Virus record (IMG/VR): IMGVR_UViG_3300032307_000587
Length of the DNA: 64,000 bases
Source of the DNA: an uncultured virus (IMG/VR IMGVR_UViG_3300032307_000587)
Taxonomy: Duplodnaviria; Heunggongvirae; Uroviricota; Caudoviricetes
Direction: 5' to 3' (one strand)
The notes beneath the pieces were generated by a model. That model saw only the letters and a program-made list of their open reading frames with translations. It made no database searches and was not told where the DNA came from. A program made the translations under genes and the position numbers. Numbering within the stretch: position 1 is the stretch's first letter; each line of letters starts with the position of its first letter. Shown here one piece after another: positions 1-9,110 of the stretch.

Positions 1-300
1 AGTGATAAGTGTATCATTAACAACACAACTATAATGATGGTGCATGGACAGAGGTGCATAGTATAAGGTATAACACTTATACAATGACACTCTGTTTCTA
101 TTTTATTATTTAATGAAGTTAATATAGTTAAGGATACTACGCTCACGAAATATTGATAGTTAAGAAAAGTAATACTCTATGTAATGTTAGAACACTCTTT
201 TTGAACTGTCAAGATTTTCTTTATAGTTGCTTCACATAAAAAAAGTAGTAAGGTGCTGCGAAAAAAAAAAAAATTGTTTAGGGAATTAAAAAAAATACCC

Positions 301-308
301 TACATTTG
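301..308 (+). promoter_or_regulatory. Bacteroidota sigma70-type -7 element (TACATTTG)
   Basis: Matches TAnnTTTG; upstream of first operon; second copy TATATTTG at 432-439. Confidence 0.55.
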
Positions 309-312
309 TAGT

Positions 313-481
313 CGCCAATTAACAAAACACCGATAATGAATAATTTTAATACAAAACCAAAATCAATCCCTATTAACCTAACCAAAAGATATAGCCGTAA
401 GTGTGTTACTACCTACAACTTGTTTTTTCATTATATTTGTAATTGGCGTTCATCTATTAAATTTTAACAAGTGTAGGTAGT
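313..481 (+). ncRNA. Structured 5' leader with two interleaved inverted repeats
   Basis: 313-340 complements 427-448; 408-424 complements 466-481; spans a 43-codon uORF at 336-467. Confidence 0.45.
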
Positions 482-485
482 TCTT

Positions 486-1382
486 ATGGCTAAAAGAAAA
501 GGGAAAATAAAAACTAAGGGAGTTCGGTATATATCCGAAAAACTTAATAAGTATTTTAGTAAAAAATATCCGACCAAAAAAAGCGCATCTGAAAAGGCGA
601 AAGAGGTACTATTAACCCTTAAATCGAATAACGAAAAAGTTACGATTAAGAATATATCAACCCTAATCCGTAAGAAGAGGGAAAAAGGTAAATCAAAAGA
701 CGATGCACCTAAATTGTATCGTGAATTACAGAACCCTTCTGAATATTTTCTATTAAGTTCATATCCTGATTGGATTCAATTAACAACTAATGAAATTTGG
801 TTCGATTCAAAAATATCTCCAACGGGTTTACCAATGATACAAGGGGGGAGTGTTGCCCCTTATCAAGATTATTTCAAAGACTTTGTTGATTATATCAATG
901 GTATGATAGCATTGGAAGAAGGTAATGAGGATTTGTATCGTACAGAGTATTTTGTAGTGTGTACGAAGCCAAATAAACGTAATCCTCGCAGAAGATGGGA
1001 AAGTAAAATATTAGCTATTGGAAGTGATGGCATTCCTTATAATTTTGGATTCGACCCCAATAACCCCGAAAAGGAGGCTACAAGAGTCGATACTACACCG
1101 AGTAATAGGGAAGGTCAAAAATGGGATGAAGAAGAGCCTGAATCGAAAGAAACGCCCAAAAAAGAGCCAAAAAGTAAGTCTAAGGCAAAACCAAAAGCAG
1201 AAAAACCTAAAAAAACACCAAAAGCGAAAGCGAAAACACCAAAAAAAGAAACTAAGGTATCGGATGAAAAAACTAAATTAGAGTTAAAGAGGCTACAACT
1301 AATCGAAAAGATTTACGATATGTTCTTGCAAGGTAAAATCACTAAAGAAGAAATGCAAAAAATGGTCGCTAAGTATGAATAA
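486..1382 (+). CDS. Hypothetical protein with Lys/Pro/Ala-rich (histone H1-like) segment
   Basis: 298-aa ORF, basic N-terminus, KPKAEKPKKTPKAKAKTPKK tract; overlaps next gene. Confidence 0.6.
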   Translation: MAKRKGKIKTKGVRYISEKLNKYFSKKYPTKKSASEKAKEVLLTLKSNNEKVTIKNISTLIRKKREKGKSKDDAPKLYRELQNPSEYFLLSSYPDWIQLTTNEIWFDSKISPTGLPMIQGGSVAPYQDYFKDFVDYINGMIALEEGNEDLYRTEYFVVCTKPNKRNPRRRWESKILAIGSDGIPYNFGFDPNNPEKEATRVDTTPSNREGQKWDEEEPESKETPKKEPKSKSKAKPKAEKPKKTPKAKAKTPKKETKVSDEKTKLELKRLQLIEKIYDMFLQGKITKEEMQKMVAKYE

Positions 1383-2151
1383 GTATAACAAAAAATCGGT
1401 TAAATCAGACGACTATACTGAATTGTTAAGTATTCAGATAAAAAACAAAGCCCCGTTAAAGCAACAAACTATCGGAAGTAGAAAAATATTGTATAGCCAC
1501 AATCGGATGCTAATATCAACAATCCGTTCACAAAATTTACCTTTGGGGGATTTGCCTGAAAAAATGTTCTATTCATTCTTGGGCGGATTTTCTAAGCACC
1601 TATATCGACAATTCAAAAACAACGAATCTTTGTATGATTTGAAAATTGAATTTAAGGGGATTTCAAAAAGAAAGAATTACGAATTTTGGGATTCAATGGA
1701 AGTTGGTAAGCATTTTTACAACTTGGATTTATCGAGCGCATATTGGCAGATGGCAAACAAACTTGGATATATCAATGACAACTTATTTGAGGACTATCAG
1801 GAAGCAGATTCATATAAACAAGCTAAGAGATATTGTATATCATTTTTAGGTAGAGATAATTCAATGGAATATTTCAATGAAGGTGAATCTTACAAGATAA
1901 AATGTGATACAGATTTATTCAAAAATGTTTACAAAAATATTAGGAATAATTTATATTTGTGTATTCAAAAGTCAATGGAAGGTATATCCAATTATGTAGA
2001 GTATAATATTGATGGAGTTAGCGTATTAGCTAAAGATGTTGATATTGTTAAAGCAAATATGTTAGCAATGGGATTAAAGTTTAAATTAACGAAATGCCGT
2101 AAGTTATCAGAAAAAGAATACCTTTATGATTGCAAGGTTAGAAAATTTTAA
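1375..2151 (+). CDS. Minimal family-B DNA polymerase-like palm protein (no exonuclease domain)
   Basis: Motif A-like YNLDLSSAYW, motif B-like KRYCISFLG, motif C-like YNIDGV in correct order; 258 aa. Confidence 0.55.
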   Translation: MNKYNKKSVKSDDYTELLSIQIKNKAPLKQQTIGSRKILYSHNRMLISTIRSQNLPLGDLPEKMFYSFLGGFSKHLYRQFKNNESLYDLKIEFKGISKRKNYEFWDSMEVGKHFYNLDLSSAYWQMANKLGYINDNLFEDYQEADSYKQAKRYCISFLGRDNSMEYFNEGESYKIKCDTDLFKNVYKNIRNNLYLCIQKSMEGISNYVEYNIDGVSVLAKDVDIVKANMLAMGLKFKLTKCRKLSEKEYLYDCKVRKF

Positions 2152-2156
2152 TCATT

Positions 2157-2333
2157 ATGGACACAAAAATATTAGAGGAGTTTATCGAGGAGTTAAAAAA
2201 TATTGAACCCGAAAATAAAGCGAGTTATAATCCTAATCTAATGCAAAGTCAGATTTTTGTTATTAATGAAATAATAAGAATGGCAGAAGAGAAGGTTTTG
2301 ATAGCCAAAAACAAAGTATGTAAATTAAAATAA
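2157..2333 (+). CDS. Small hypothetical protein (58 aa, not in ORF track)
   Basis: ATG..TAA ORF MDTKILEEF... filling the intergenic gap. Confidence 0.55.
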   Translation: MDTKILEEFIEELKNIEPENKASYNPNLMQSQIFVINEIIRMAEEKVLIAKNKVCKLK

Positions 2334-2339
2334 ATAAGT

Positions 2340-2771
2340 ATGCAAAAATCATCTAAAATCATCAAATCGACATTCACAACAGAGTGGGCAGCACCTAACG
2401 GGTCTAAAGTCTATTACCATGAATTGATTATGGAAAATGGAGAAAAAGGAAGTTGTGGACTGAAAGAGAAGTCACCACCTAAAATTTGGAGTGGGGCAAA
2501 TGTTATTTACACAATTGATGCAAAATCAAAAATCAAAGTATTGAGTTCGGATATGGAAGAGCAACAAGACGATTTCATTCAGGAACATACCGACAGAATG
2601 AAAAAAGGCAAAGGTAAAAGCAGTCAACAAGAATCATTTCTTGGATACGCTTGGTCGTATGCTAAAGATTTCGTTATTGCGGGTAAAACAATGAATGATG
2701 TTCAAGAACTCAAAAATGTTGCAAAATTCATCTATGATGAAATAGGTGAAATGCTTAAAAACGACAAATAA
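2340..2771 (+). CDS. Hypothetical protein, possible OB-fold ssDNA-binding protein
   Basis: Beta-rich N-terminal half (EW..PNG..YYHELIMENGEKG) plus helical tail; TAAGTATG start context. Confidence 0.35.
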   Translation: MQKSSKIIKSTFTTEWAAPNGSKVYYHELIMENGEKGSCGLKEKSPPKIWSGANVIYTIDAKSKIKVLSSDMEEQQDDFIQEHTDRMKKGKGKSSQQESFLGYAWSYAKDFVIAGKTMNDVQELKNVAKFIYDEIGEMLKNDK

Positions 2772-2871
2772 ATCGTAAAATTGCACATTTGTGCAAAAAT
2801 TTATTCCCCTCAAATTCAGTGAGTTATAAGAAAATGAAAAATATTTCTTGTTTTGTTGGTTTCTATTGTTG

Positions 2872-2879
2872 TATGTTTG
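2872..2879 (+). promoter_or_regulatory. Bacteroidota -7 element (TATGTTTG)
   Basis: Within ATTGTTGTATGTTTGTGCAA, repeated identically at about 8163-8182. Confidence 0.65.
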
Positions 2880-2892
2880 TGCAACAATTCAA

Positions 2893-3096
2893 ATGAACGC
2901 CATATCAAATAAATTAAACGAACAAGCAATTACTGAATTAATTTCAGTAGTAGAAAATCAAGTTATTAAAATGAAGTCCGATGGAAAATACACTATGGAT
3001 TTCATGAGAATATTCGGAACGACCAAAGCTATATGGTCAATGAGTGATGAAAACTTGATAAAAGCAAATAACTATCTAACGAAAAAAGGATTTTAG
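2893..3096 (+). CDS. Hypothetical protein (start moved to ATG 2893)
   Basis: The track's upstream start overlaps the promoter; first downstream ATG used. Confidence 0.55.
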   Translation: MNAISNKLNEQAITELISVVENQVIKMKSDGKYTMDFMRIFGTTKAIWSMSDENLIKANNYLTKKGF

Positions 3097-3097
3097 T

Positions 3098-3427
3098 ATG
3101 AAAAGAGCGATTCAAGTAAATAGCGAAAAAGCCGAACTTATCGAAGTACAGATTGGCGATGATTTCAGAGAAATTTATCCATTCATAGGAGAAAATTGCA
3201 CCACATTTGAGTGTCCTATAAGTTGTAACAATCAAGATACATTTTATGTAGATGAAGAGGGTTTATATCAAGGGTATGAATATGGATTTCAGTTTTCGGA
3301 TTTCCCTTCTATCATTCTTGGTAACGCATTAATATTAGGAACGGATATAGAGGGCAATTCGGTTGATTGCAAGTCAAGTATTGATGAACTTAAAAAGCAA
3401 ATCAAGTTTTTTGTAATAGCAAATTAA
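3098..3427 (+). CDS. DUF3846-like phage protein
   Basis: FYVDEEG and ILGNALILG..EG.SVD motifs. Confidence 0.6.
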   Translation: MKRAIQVNSEKAELIEVQIGDDFREIYPFIGENCTTFECPISCNNQDTFYVDEEGLYQGYEYGFQFSDFPSIILGNALILGTDIEGNSVDCKSSIDELKKQIKFFVIAN

Positions 3428-3429
3428 TT

Positions 3430-4227
3430 ATGTTAGCAATAGGATTTACAAACAAGTATTTTACATTGTGGGATATTCAATCAAGTCCACAATATTCACA
3501 AGATAGTCATGGTCATGTAACATTGACCCATACAAGTGTTATATACACTTACCTACAAAACTTATCAATGACAGAATCAGAAGCTATTGCAAAGGCAAAA
3601 GCTAAAGGTTGCGTAAATTTAGAGGTCGATAAGGAGTTGTTTGGGAGAAATGAATCATGGAGTGCTATACACAATGGTTATTGTTTTTTGCCCGATGATT
3701 TATGTCCTTTGTTTACCTTTGGGAAATACGAAGGAACTAAAATTTTAGATTGTACGGATATTCATTATTTGGTTTGGTTTTTTGGTAAAACTAAAAGTCG
3801 ATATGCAAAAATGATATTATTGGAAAACGGATTCGTTGCATTAGAAAACGATATTGTGACTAAAGCGCAATTCGATGAAATACAAGAAAGTAGAAAAGCA
3901 AGAGAGTTGGTAGATTTAGAAATTAAAGCAATTGAGGATAGTGGGAGCGGTCACATTGTATTTACGCCTGAACGCAATTTAAGTGAACGTGGTAGTATTG
4001 GCTACAAGTGTATTAGCGTTTTCTTTAAAGATTATAAAAAAATGTATTACAATGGTTTTTATTATGGATTACCAATAGTTGATGGGAGCGCAAAACAGAT
4101 AAAAGGTAAGGAGATTGTATTATTGGTTAGAGTTATTTTATATGATGAACAAAAAGCATTAGAAGTGATTCATGTGAAGTCAATAGATGGCAAACAATTT
4201 ATTAAACATTTAAAAGAAAAAATATAA
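3430..4227 (+). CDS. Hypothetical protein with internal FGKY..I...D..YL.W motif
   Basis: 265-aa ORF; FTFGKYEG...DIHYLVWF short domain. Confidence 0.55.
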   Translation: MLAIGFTNKYFTLWDIQSSPQYSQDSHGHVTLTHTSVIYTYLQNLSMTESEAIAKAKAKGCVNLEVDKELFGRNESWSAIHNGYCFLPDDLCPLFTFGKYEGTKILDCTDIHYLVWFFGKTKSRYAKMILLENGFVALENDIVTKAQFDEIQESRKARELVDLEIKAIEDSGSGHIVFTPERNLSERGSIGYKCISVFFKDYKKMYYNGFYYGLPIVDGSAKQIKGKEIVLLVRVILYDEQKALEVIHVKSIDGKQFIKHLKEKI

Positions 4228-4229
4228 GT

Positions 4230-4520
4230 ATGTTAGAATCAAACAACAAAAAAGTCTATGTAGCATTCAAGAATATGTTACATAATGAATTTAAAATCTC
4301 AAAAGAAGATTTAAGAAACGAAATTGATTTAGCTATTAAGTCAAAAGTAGCTGAAATTGTAAGTAGAAAATTGCAAGAATTAGATTTAGACGAATTGATT
4401 AAAAAATCAATGGAAAAAGCGATTATGTCAACACTATCGAGCGGTAGTTATAATTCGGACAAAACTCGTTTTTACGAAACTATTGGTAAAGAGGTTGCTA
4501 AGAAATTGTTAAACATTTAA
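4230..4520 (+). CDS. Hypothetical protein
   Basis: 96-aa ORF in tightly packed operon. Confidence 0.6.
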   Translation: MLESNNKKVYVAFKNMLHNEFKISKEDLRNEIDLAIKSKVAEIVSRKLQELDLDELIKKSMEKAIMSTLSSGSYNSDKTRFYETIGKEVAKKLLNI

Positions 4521-4532
4521 TAAAGTATCAGT

Positions 4533-5207
4533 ATGCAACAATTAAATTACATTGACTTACACAAAGTCTATCCAAAAGAACCTTTAAAGTCAGAAACGTA
4601 CACAATCGACAGAATTATTCTTGATTCAAATAGAGTTCACCACGAAAGAGTAAGAAGTATGATGGATGGGAACGATTGGCTAACAAGAGGATTAGAGGCG
4701 GATTTCCCTTATGTTCGTTTAGTAAAAAAGGGCGAAGGAGTTATGATGTCAGACACGCCTATGGAAAGAAATACCAACTATCATATTTTAGACAAAGCAA
4801 ATGGGGATGTTCTTATTTTCGGTCTTGGGCTTGGATTAATCATTTTACCGCTATTGCAAAAAGAAAACGTAAAATCAATTACGGTTGTAGAGTTGTATCA
4901 AGATTTAATTGATGTGGTAGCCCCAATATTGAAAAAAAGTGACCCTAAAGGCAAATTAACGATAATTCAAGGGGATTGTTTTGAAGCGCACAATATAATT
5001 GATAAGACAAAAAAGTTTGATTGTATTTACGGGGATATATGGATTAGTATTGATACCGATAATTATGAGGAAATGAAAATTCTTACAAAGAATTGGAAAA
5101 ACAGATTGAATCGTGATAACCCCAATTCATTTATTGACCATTGGCTAAAAGACTATTTGGTAAAAAAGATTAAGAAAGAAAAACGAGAAAGTAGTTTATG
5201 GTGGTAA
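4533..5207 (+). CDS. Class I SAM-dependent methyltransferase, spermidine-synthase-like fold
   Basis: GDVLIFGLGLG motif I, TVVE..DLID motif II, IIQGD, FDCIYGDIW. Confidence 0.7.
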   Translation: MQQLNYIDLHKVYPKEPLKSETYTIDRIILDSNRVHHERVRSMMDGNDWLTRGLEADFPYVRLVKKGEGVMMSDTPMERNTNYHILDKANGDVLIFGLGLGLIILPLLQKENVKSITVVELYQDLIDVVAPILKKSDPKGKLTIIQGDCFEAHNIIDKTKKFDCIYGDIWISIDTDNYEEMKILTKNWKNRLNRDNPNSFIDHWLKDYLVKKIKKEKRESSLWW

Positions 5208-5238
5208 TTTAAAAAAACAATTTAAACAAAATATAAGT

Positions 5239-6159
5239 ATGACAAATTCAAGTAACGCAACAGAACAAGAAACAACAAATCTAAAAAACAACTTAAAAGT
5301 GTTTGAGATTTTAGAAAAGACCAACCTTAATTGGTCAGTAAGAAAAGAAGATTTAATCACTATTCAGGGATTACCAACGCCTAATAGCGGAATATTTAGA
5401 AACGACAACAACGAATGGCTTGGAACAACTTCCAAAAAGTATGAGCCTTTTCAAAATGCAAGTATGGTAGAAACGATTGTTGAAGCATCCGAACATATTG
5501 GACTTGAAATAACAAGGGGAGGTTCTTTAGCTAAAGGCAAATTGGTTTGTCTGCAAATGGAACTTAAAGAAGAGTTTATTGGTAATTCAGCCGTAAAGAG
5601 ATATGTAACAACATTGAATAGTCACAATGGCAAACATTCAGTTGCTTTTGGTTCTACAAATCAAGTTGTTTTATGCCAAAACACTTACTTCAAAGTTTAT
5701 CAGGAACTACAAAAGTTTAGACACAATAGTAGCGCAATGGAAAAACTTAAAATTGCCATCAACGAATTGACAAACACAATTCAAGAAGATGTTATTCTCA
5801 TGGAAACATTTAAGCTAATGGATTCAGTAAAAGTAACGGACAAAGCAATTGAAGATTTAATACAATCTTGTTTTGGTATTGATATAAACAATGCACCTGA
5901 AAACAAAAGAGGTTTAGAAAAGTATAACAACGTAATCAGATGTATTGATGAAGAGTTAGAGTTAGAGGGTAGAAGTATGTGGGGCTTGTTCAATAGCGTA
6001 ACAAGATACACTAATCATTACGGTAGTTTTAATTCTAAAAGCAAAGACAAAGAAGAGTATGTAATGAAAGGTGCGGGATATGAAACAAATCTTTTAGCTT
6101 ACAACAACATTGTAAAGTATATCGAAGAAAACACTAAAGAAACAATACCTACAAAATAA
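5239..6159 (+). CDS. DUF932-like phage/plasmid protein
   Basis: LNWSVRKE, Y..FQN, NSHNG, V.CQNT, RH, SMWGLFNSVTRYTNH signature. Confidence 0.75.
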   Translation: MTNSSNATEQETTNLKNNLKVFEILEKTNLNWSVRKEDLITIQGLPTPNSGIFRNDNNEWLGTTSKKYEPFQNASMVETIVEASEHIGLEITRGGSLAKGKLVCLQMELKEEFIGNSAVKRYVTTLNSHNGKHSVAFGSTNQVVLCQNTYFKVYQELQKFRHNSSAMEKLKIAINELTNTIQEDVILMETFKLMDSVKVTDKAIEDLIQSCFGIDINNAPENKRGLEKYNNVIRCIDEELELEGRSMWGLFNSVTRYTNHYGSFNSKSKDKEEYVMKGAGYETNLLAYNNIVKYIEENTKETIPTK

Positions 6160-6160
6160 T

Positions 6161-6334
6161 ATGATACAAGAAGAAGAAGAAATCGAACAATCTACAATAG
6201 TTAGATTAAAGTTAAGTGAACAAGAGGTATTAGAAATAGTTTTGGAATGGTACACTCAAGGAATGTGTCCTGATATTTTTCAAGATGAAGATGGTACTGA
6301 TTTACAAGAGTATATTGAAATGAAACTTTATTAA
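6161..6334 (+). CDS. Small acidic protein (57 aa, not in ORF track)
   Basis: MIQEEEEIEQ... ORF filling gap. Confidence 0.5.
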   Translation: MIQEEEEIEQSTIVRLKLSEQEVLEIVLEWYTQGMCPDIFQDEDGTDLQEYIEMKLY

Positions 6335-6341
6335 TAATAAT

Positions 6342-6641
6342 ATGCCATCAAAAACCGATTTACTCGCTTTAAACGACCCGTTTCTTAAAAGAAGTTCTAA
6401 ACTATTGCCATGCCAAAAAGAAATGGTTTTATATTGGTATGATAAAGGGATAAGCATAACAAGAATTGCTAAAGACTTTAAAGTGAGTAAACGGTTAATT
6501 CAATTTATCCTTTTTCCCGAAAGGCACAAGCATAATCTTGAATTAAGAAAAGAAAGAGGCGGTTCATCCATTTATTACGAAAAAGAGAAACACACTAAAG
6601 CAATTAACAAGCACAGAAAATACAAAAGAGAAATTTTATGA
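6342..6641 (+). CDS. HTH DNA-binding protein
   Basis: GISITRIAKDFKVSKRLIQFI helix-turn-helix pattern. Confidence 0.6.
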   Translation: MPSKTDLLALNDPFLKRSSKLLPCQKEMVLYWYDKGISITRIAKDFKVSKRLIQFILFPERHKHNLELRKERGGSSIYYEKEKHTKAINKHRKYKREIL

Positions 6642-7603
6642 AAAACATACACATACTACCAACAAATAAACCAAGTAGGTTAATTAAAGCCTACAACAAC
6701 AAGTTGTTATTAACCAATGTTGATATTCAATCTCTTAGGGATGGTTATCAATTTCAGAGCATCTACATCACTTCTGATGAAGAAATTAAAGAAGAATTTT
6801 TAACTAAAAAAATTTATGTTATTGATATTCAAAATGGGAATATTGGTAAATTAACTTGTAAAAACAATTTTTTTAAGGGTTCTTCAAAATTAATTGAAAT
6901 TGAATGGAAAAATAAGCAAAATATTTGGAACTATTGTCACATTAGACAAATCATACTAACAACAGACCAAGACTTAATCAAAGATAGTGTACAAGCTATT
7001 CCTGATGAATTTTTAGAATGGTTTGTTAAGAATCCAAATTGTGAGTTTGTTGAGGTTACCTATGATAAAGACGCATTTCCTTATGGTGTAAAAACATCAA
7101 AAAAATATGGGTGGTTCAAAATTATCATTCCACAAGAAGAACCTAAACAAGAATGTAATAAATACCTATCTTGTTGTAGAAGTGAAGAAGAATGTCATTG
7201 TAAAAAAGAACCTAAAACAGGGTCAATCACTGAATGTATAAAAATGATTATTGATAATCAATTAAATGAGTTAGAAGAAACTAAACAAATTAAATGTTAT
7301 TGTGGTCATACTATAACTTGTGATTGTGAACCTTTACAAGAAACACTTGAAGAGCAGTCAAAACCAACCAACCCCTTAGACGACTTGCCTATAATTGGTG
7401 AGGGGGTGTTAATGGAGGTGAGTGATGATAGTGTTAATTGGGTAGTTAAAGATGTATTTGCTAAGTATAAGAATAGTTTTGTTGCTTGGACTGACCATGA
7501 ACATACAATATCAATTCAGTTGTGGAAACAAGCCCGACCAATCAACCCCAAAACCAAAATTACCCGAAAAGAATTTGAACAAAAATTTGAAATTATAGAT
7601 TAA
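6638..7603 (+). CDS. Modular hypothetical phage protein with EEPKQ-delimited segments
   Basis: MKNIHILPT.KPSRL, IYITSDEEIKE, IILTTDQDLIKD.VQAI.DEFLEWFVKNP, repeated EEPKQ-like linkers. Confidence 0.65.
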   Translation: MKNIHILPTNKPSRLIKAYNNKLLLTNVDIQSLRDGYQFQSIYITSDEEIKEEFLTKKIYVIDIQNGNIGKLTCKNNFFKGSSKLIEIEWKNKQNIWNYCHIRQIILTTDQDLIKDSVQAIPDEFLEWFVKNPNCEFVEVTYDKDAFPYGVKTSKKYGWFKIIIPQEEPKQECNKYLSCCRSEEECHCKKEPKTGSITECIKMIIDNQLNELEETKQIKCYCGHTITCDCEPLQETLEEQSKPTNPLDDLPIIGEGVLMEVSDDSVNWVVKDVFAKYKNSFVAWTDHEHTISIQLWKQARPINPKTKITRKEFEQKFEIID

Positions 7604-7606
7604 GCA

Positions 7607-7924
7607 ATGAATATAAAATTATTAAAGAAAATAAGAAAACGATATGATTGGTATTTCAATAAGGAAAAATACCCCGTTTTAATTTGCCATAATACTAAAG
7701 ATGTCATTACGATGGATTTAGAATATTGCAGAAAAAGAATGAAGTTCACTTTAGAAGAAGTAAAAGAAAAAGTAAAAATTGATTATACTGAATGGGCATT
7801 AAGAATTATGAAAGAGTATGTATTATGTGATTATGGAATTAATTATGATAATCTATTATATCATAAGATAAATAAAGCGTTTAAGAACAAGCAAAGGAAA
7901 TACAAGCAATATGTTAAGAAATAA
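7607..7924 (+). CDS. Hypothetical protein
   Basis: 105-aa ORF in operon. Confidence 0.55.
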   Translation: MNIKLLKKIRKRYDWYFNKEKYPVLICHNTKDVITMDLEYCRKRMKFTLEEVKEKVKIDYTEWALRIMKEYVLCDYGINYDNLLYHKINKAFKNKQRKYKQYVKK

Positions 7925-8132
7925 TCAAACACACATTAAAAGGGATGGACAGATATTTTGTCTAATAGATGAAGATTCTTATATAAAGAAAATACTAATC
8001 AAAAAATACACTAATCACATTTCTTTCAGTAATGCCTTAAAGATGAAAGATACAAGTTGGTTGTGTAAGAAATGTCAAAAGAAGTTTTATGATAAACTTA
8101 GTAGAATGAAAAAACCAATTCAAGTAGATTAA
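7911..8132 (+). CDS. Small hypothetical protein, possible Zn-binding (H, C, CxxC)
   Basis: 73 aa; THIK...FC...LCKKC. Confidence 0.5.
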   Translation: MLRNNQTHIKRDGQIFCLIDEDSYIKKILIKKYTNHISFSNALKMKDTSWLCKKCQKKFYDKLSRMKKPIQVD

Positions 8133-8169
8133 AATGAAAATAAACCTTGCAAATAAAAAACCATTGTTG

Positions 8170-8177
8170 TATGTTTG
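8170..8177 (+). promoter_or_regulatory. Bacteroidota -7 element (TATGTTTG) for replication operon
   Basis: Same 20-nt context as the 2872 promoter; TTG upstream. Confidence 0.65.
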
Positions 8178-8195
8178 TGCAAAAATAGAGAATGT

Positions 8196-8771
8196 ATGTT
8201 GAGAGTAATTAGTCTATTCATCATTGATAAGATATTCACTTTGTCAGGAGGCAATAAGATTTCGCCAAACGCACAAATGTTGTATATTAATATTTTGATG
8301 CATCATTTTCGATACTTAGAAGCTAAAGAAGTTAATTGCATGGCATTCAGTATAGCGGTCAATGAGTTCCCGAACTTCAATAAGTATAAAAAGTTGTTAG
8401 TTGAATTGGAGTCGTTTAGTATTATCCAAATAACCGAAACGAAAATCTTGTTTTATAATATGTGGTCACAATACATTGATAAGTCGTTATTGGATGTTGA
8501 GTTAAAAAGAACCGAACCTCAAAGCCCGTTGCTATTTAAAGATGAAATGGAAAAGTCCGAACAACTTATCGAATTGTCGGCAATGAAGCACAAAATATCA
8601 AAAACCCATGTAGTGAAACTAATGGACTTATTTATTCGTGAACAAGAATCATTTAAGAAAACATACCCAAATTACGGGGATTGTGTAAAGCACTTTACAT
8701 ATTGGCTTACAAGCAATCACCACAAAGTGCCAAAAGAATCAATAAAATCAAATAATAAAATGTTAGGATAG
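8196..8771 (+). CDS. Putative replication initiator / replisome organiser
   Basis: wHTH-like N-terminus, C-terminal KHF.YWL domain, located just upstream of dnaB; start moved to ATG 8196. Confidence 0.4.
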   Translation: MLRVISLFIIDKIFTLSGGNKISPNAQMLYINILMHHFRYLEAKEVNCMAFSIAVNEFPNFNKYKKLLVELESFSIIQITETKILFYNMWSQYIDKSLLDVELKRTEPQSPLLFKDEMEKSEQLIELSAMKHKISKTHVVKLMDLFIREQESFKKTYPNYGDCVKHFTYWLTSNHHKVPKESIKSNNKMLG

Positions 8772-8772
8772 T

Positions 8773-8919
8773 ATGAAAATAGATTTAAACAAAATAACAA
8801 TCAAGTTTAGTAAGGATGGGTCGGATGTCGGCACACAAGTAATTGATGAAAAACAATTTTCAACCGCAAAGTTGAGATTAGAAAAATTAGGCTATACCGT
8901 AGTTAAGGTAAACAAATGA
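8773..8919 (+). CDS. Small hypothetical protein (48 aa, not in ORF track)
   Basis: MKIDLNKITIK..., ATGA overlap with next ORF. Confidence 0.45.
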   Translation: MKIDLNKITIKFSKDGSDVGTQVIDEKQFSTAKLRLEKLGYTVVKVNK

Positions 8920-9110
8920 GTATTGAATATTATATAATAATGCTACATTTTAAGCACAAAATATCTTCTAAAGAAATAGCTGAAATAGTAAGCAAAACGC
9001 ATTTATTTGTATCGAAAGTTATAGCAATAGAGCAACAAACGATAGACGAATTAAAAAGACAAGAATTTAAGGAATGGCATATACAAAAAGAAGAACCAAA
9101 AAGCCTTTAA
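8916..9110 (+). CDS. Small HTH protein
   Basis: ISSKEIAEIVSKTHLFVSKVI. Confidence 0.45.
   Translation: MSIEYYIIMLHFKHKISSKEIAEIVSKTHLFVSKVIAIEQQTIDELKRQEFKEWHIQKEEPKSL

Noticed and set aside
1..300. Genome terminus or inverted terminal repeat
   Set aside because: Non-coding and A-rich, but the other genome end is not in the window, so it cannot be tested
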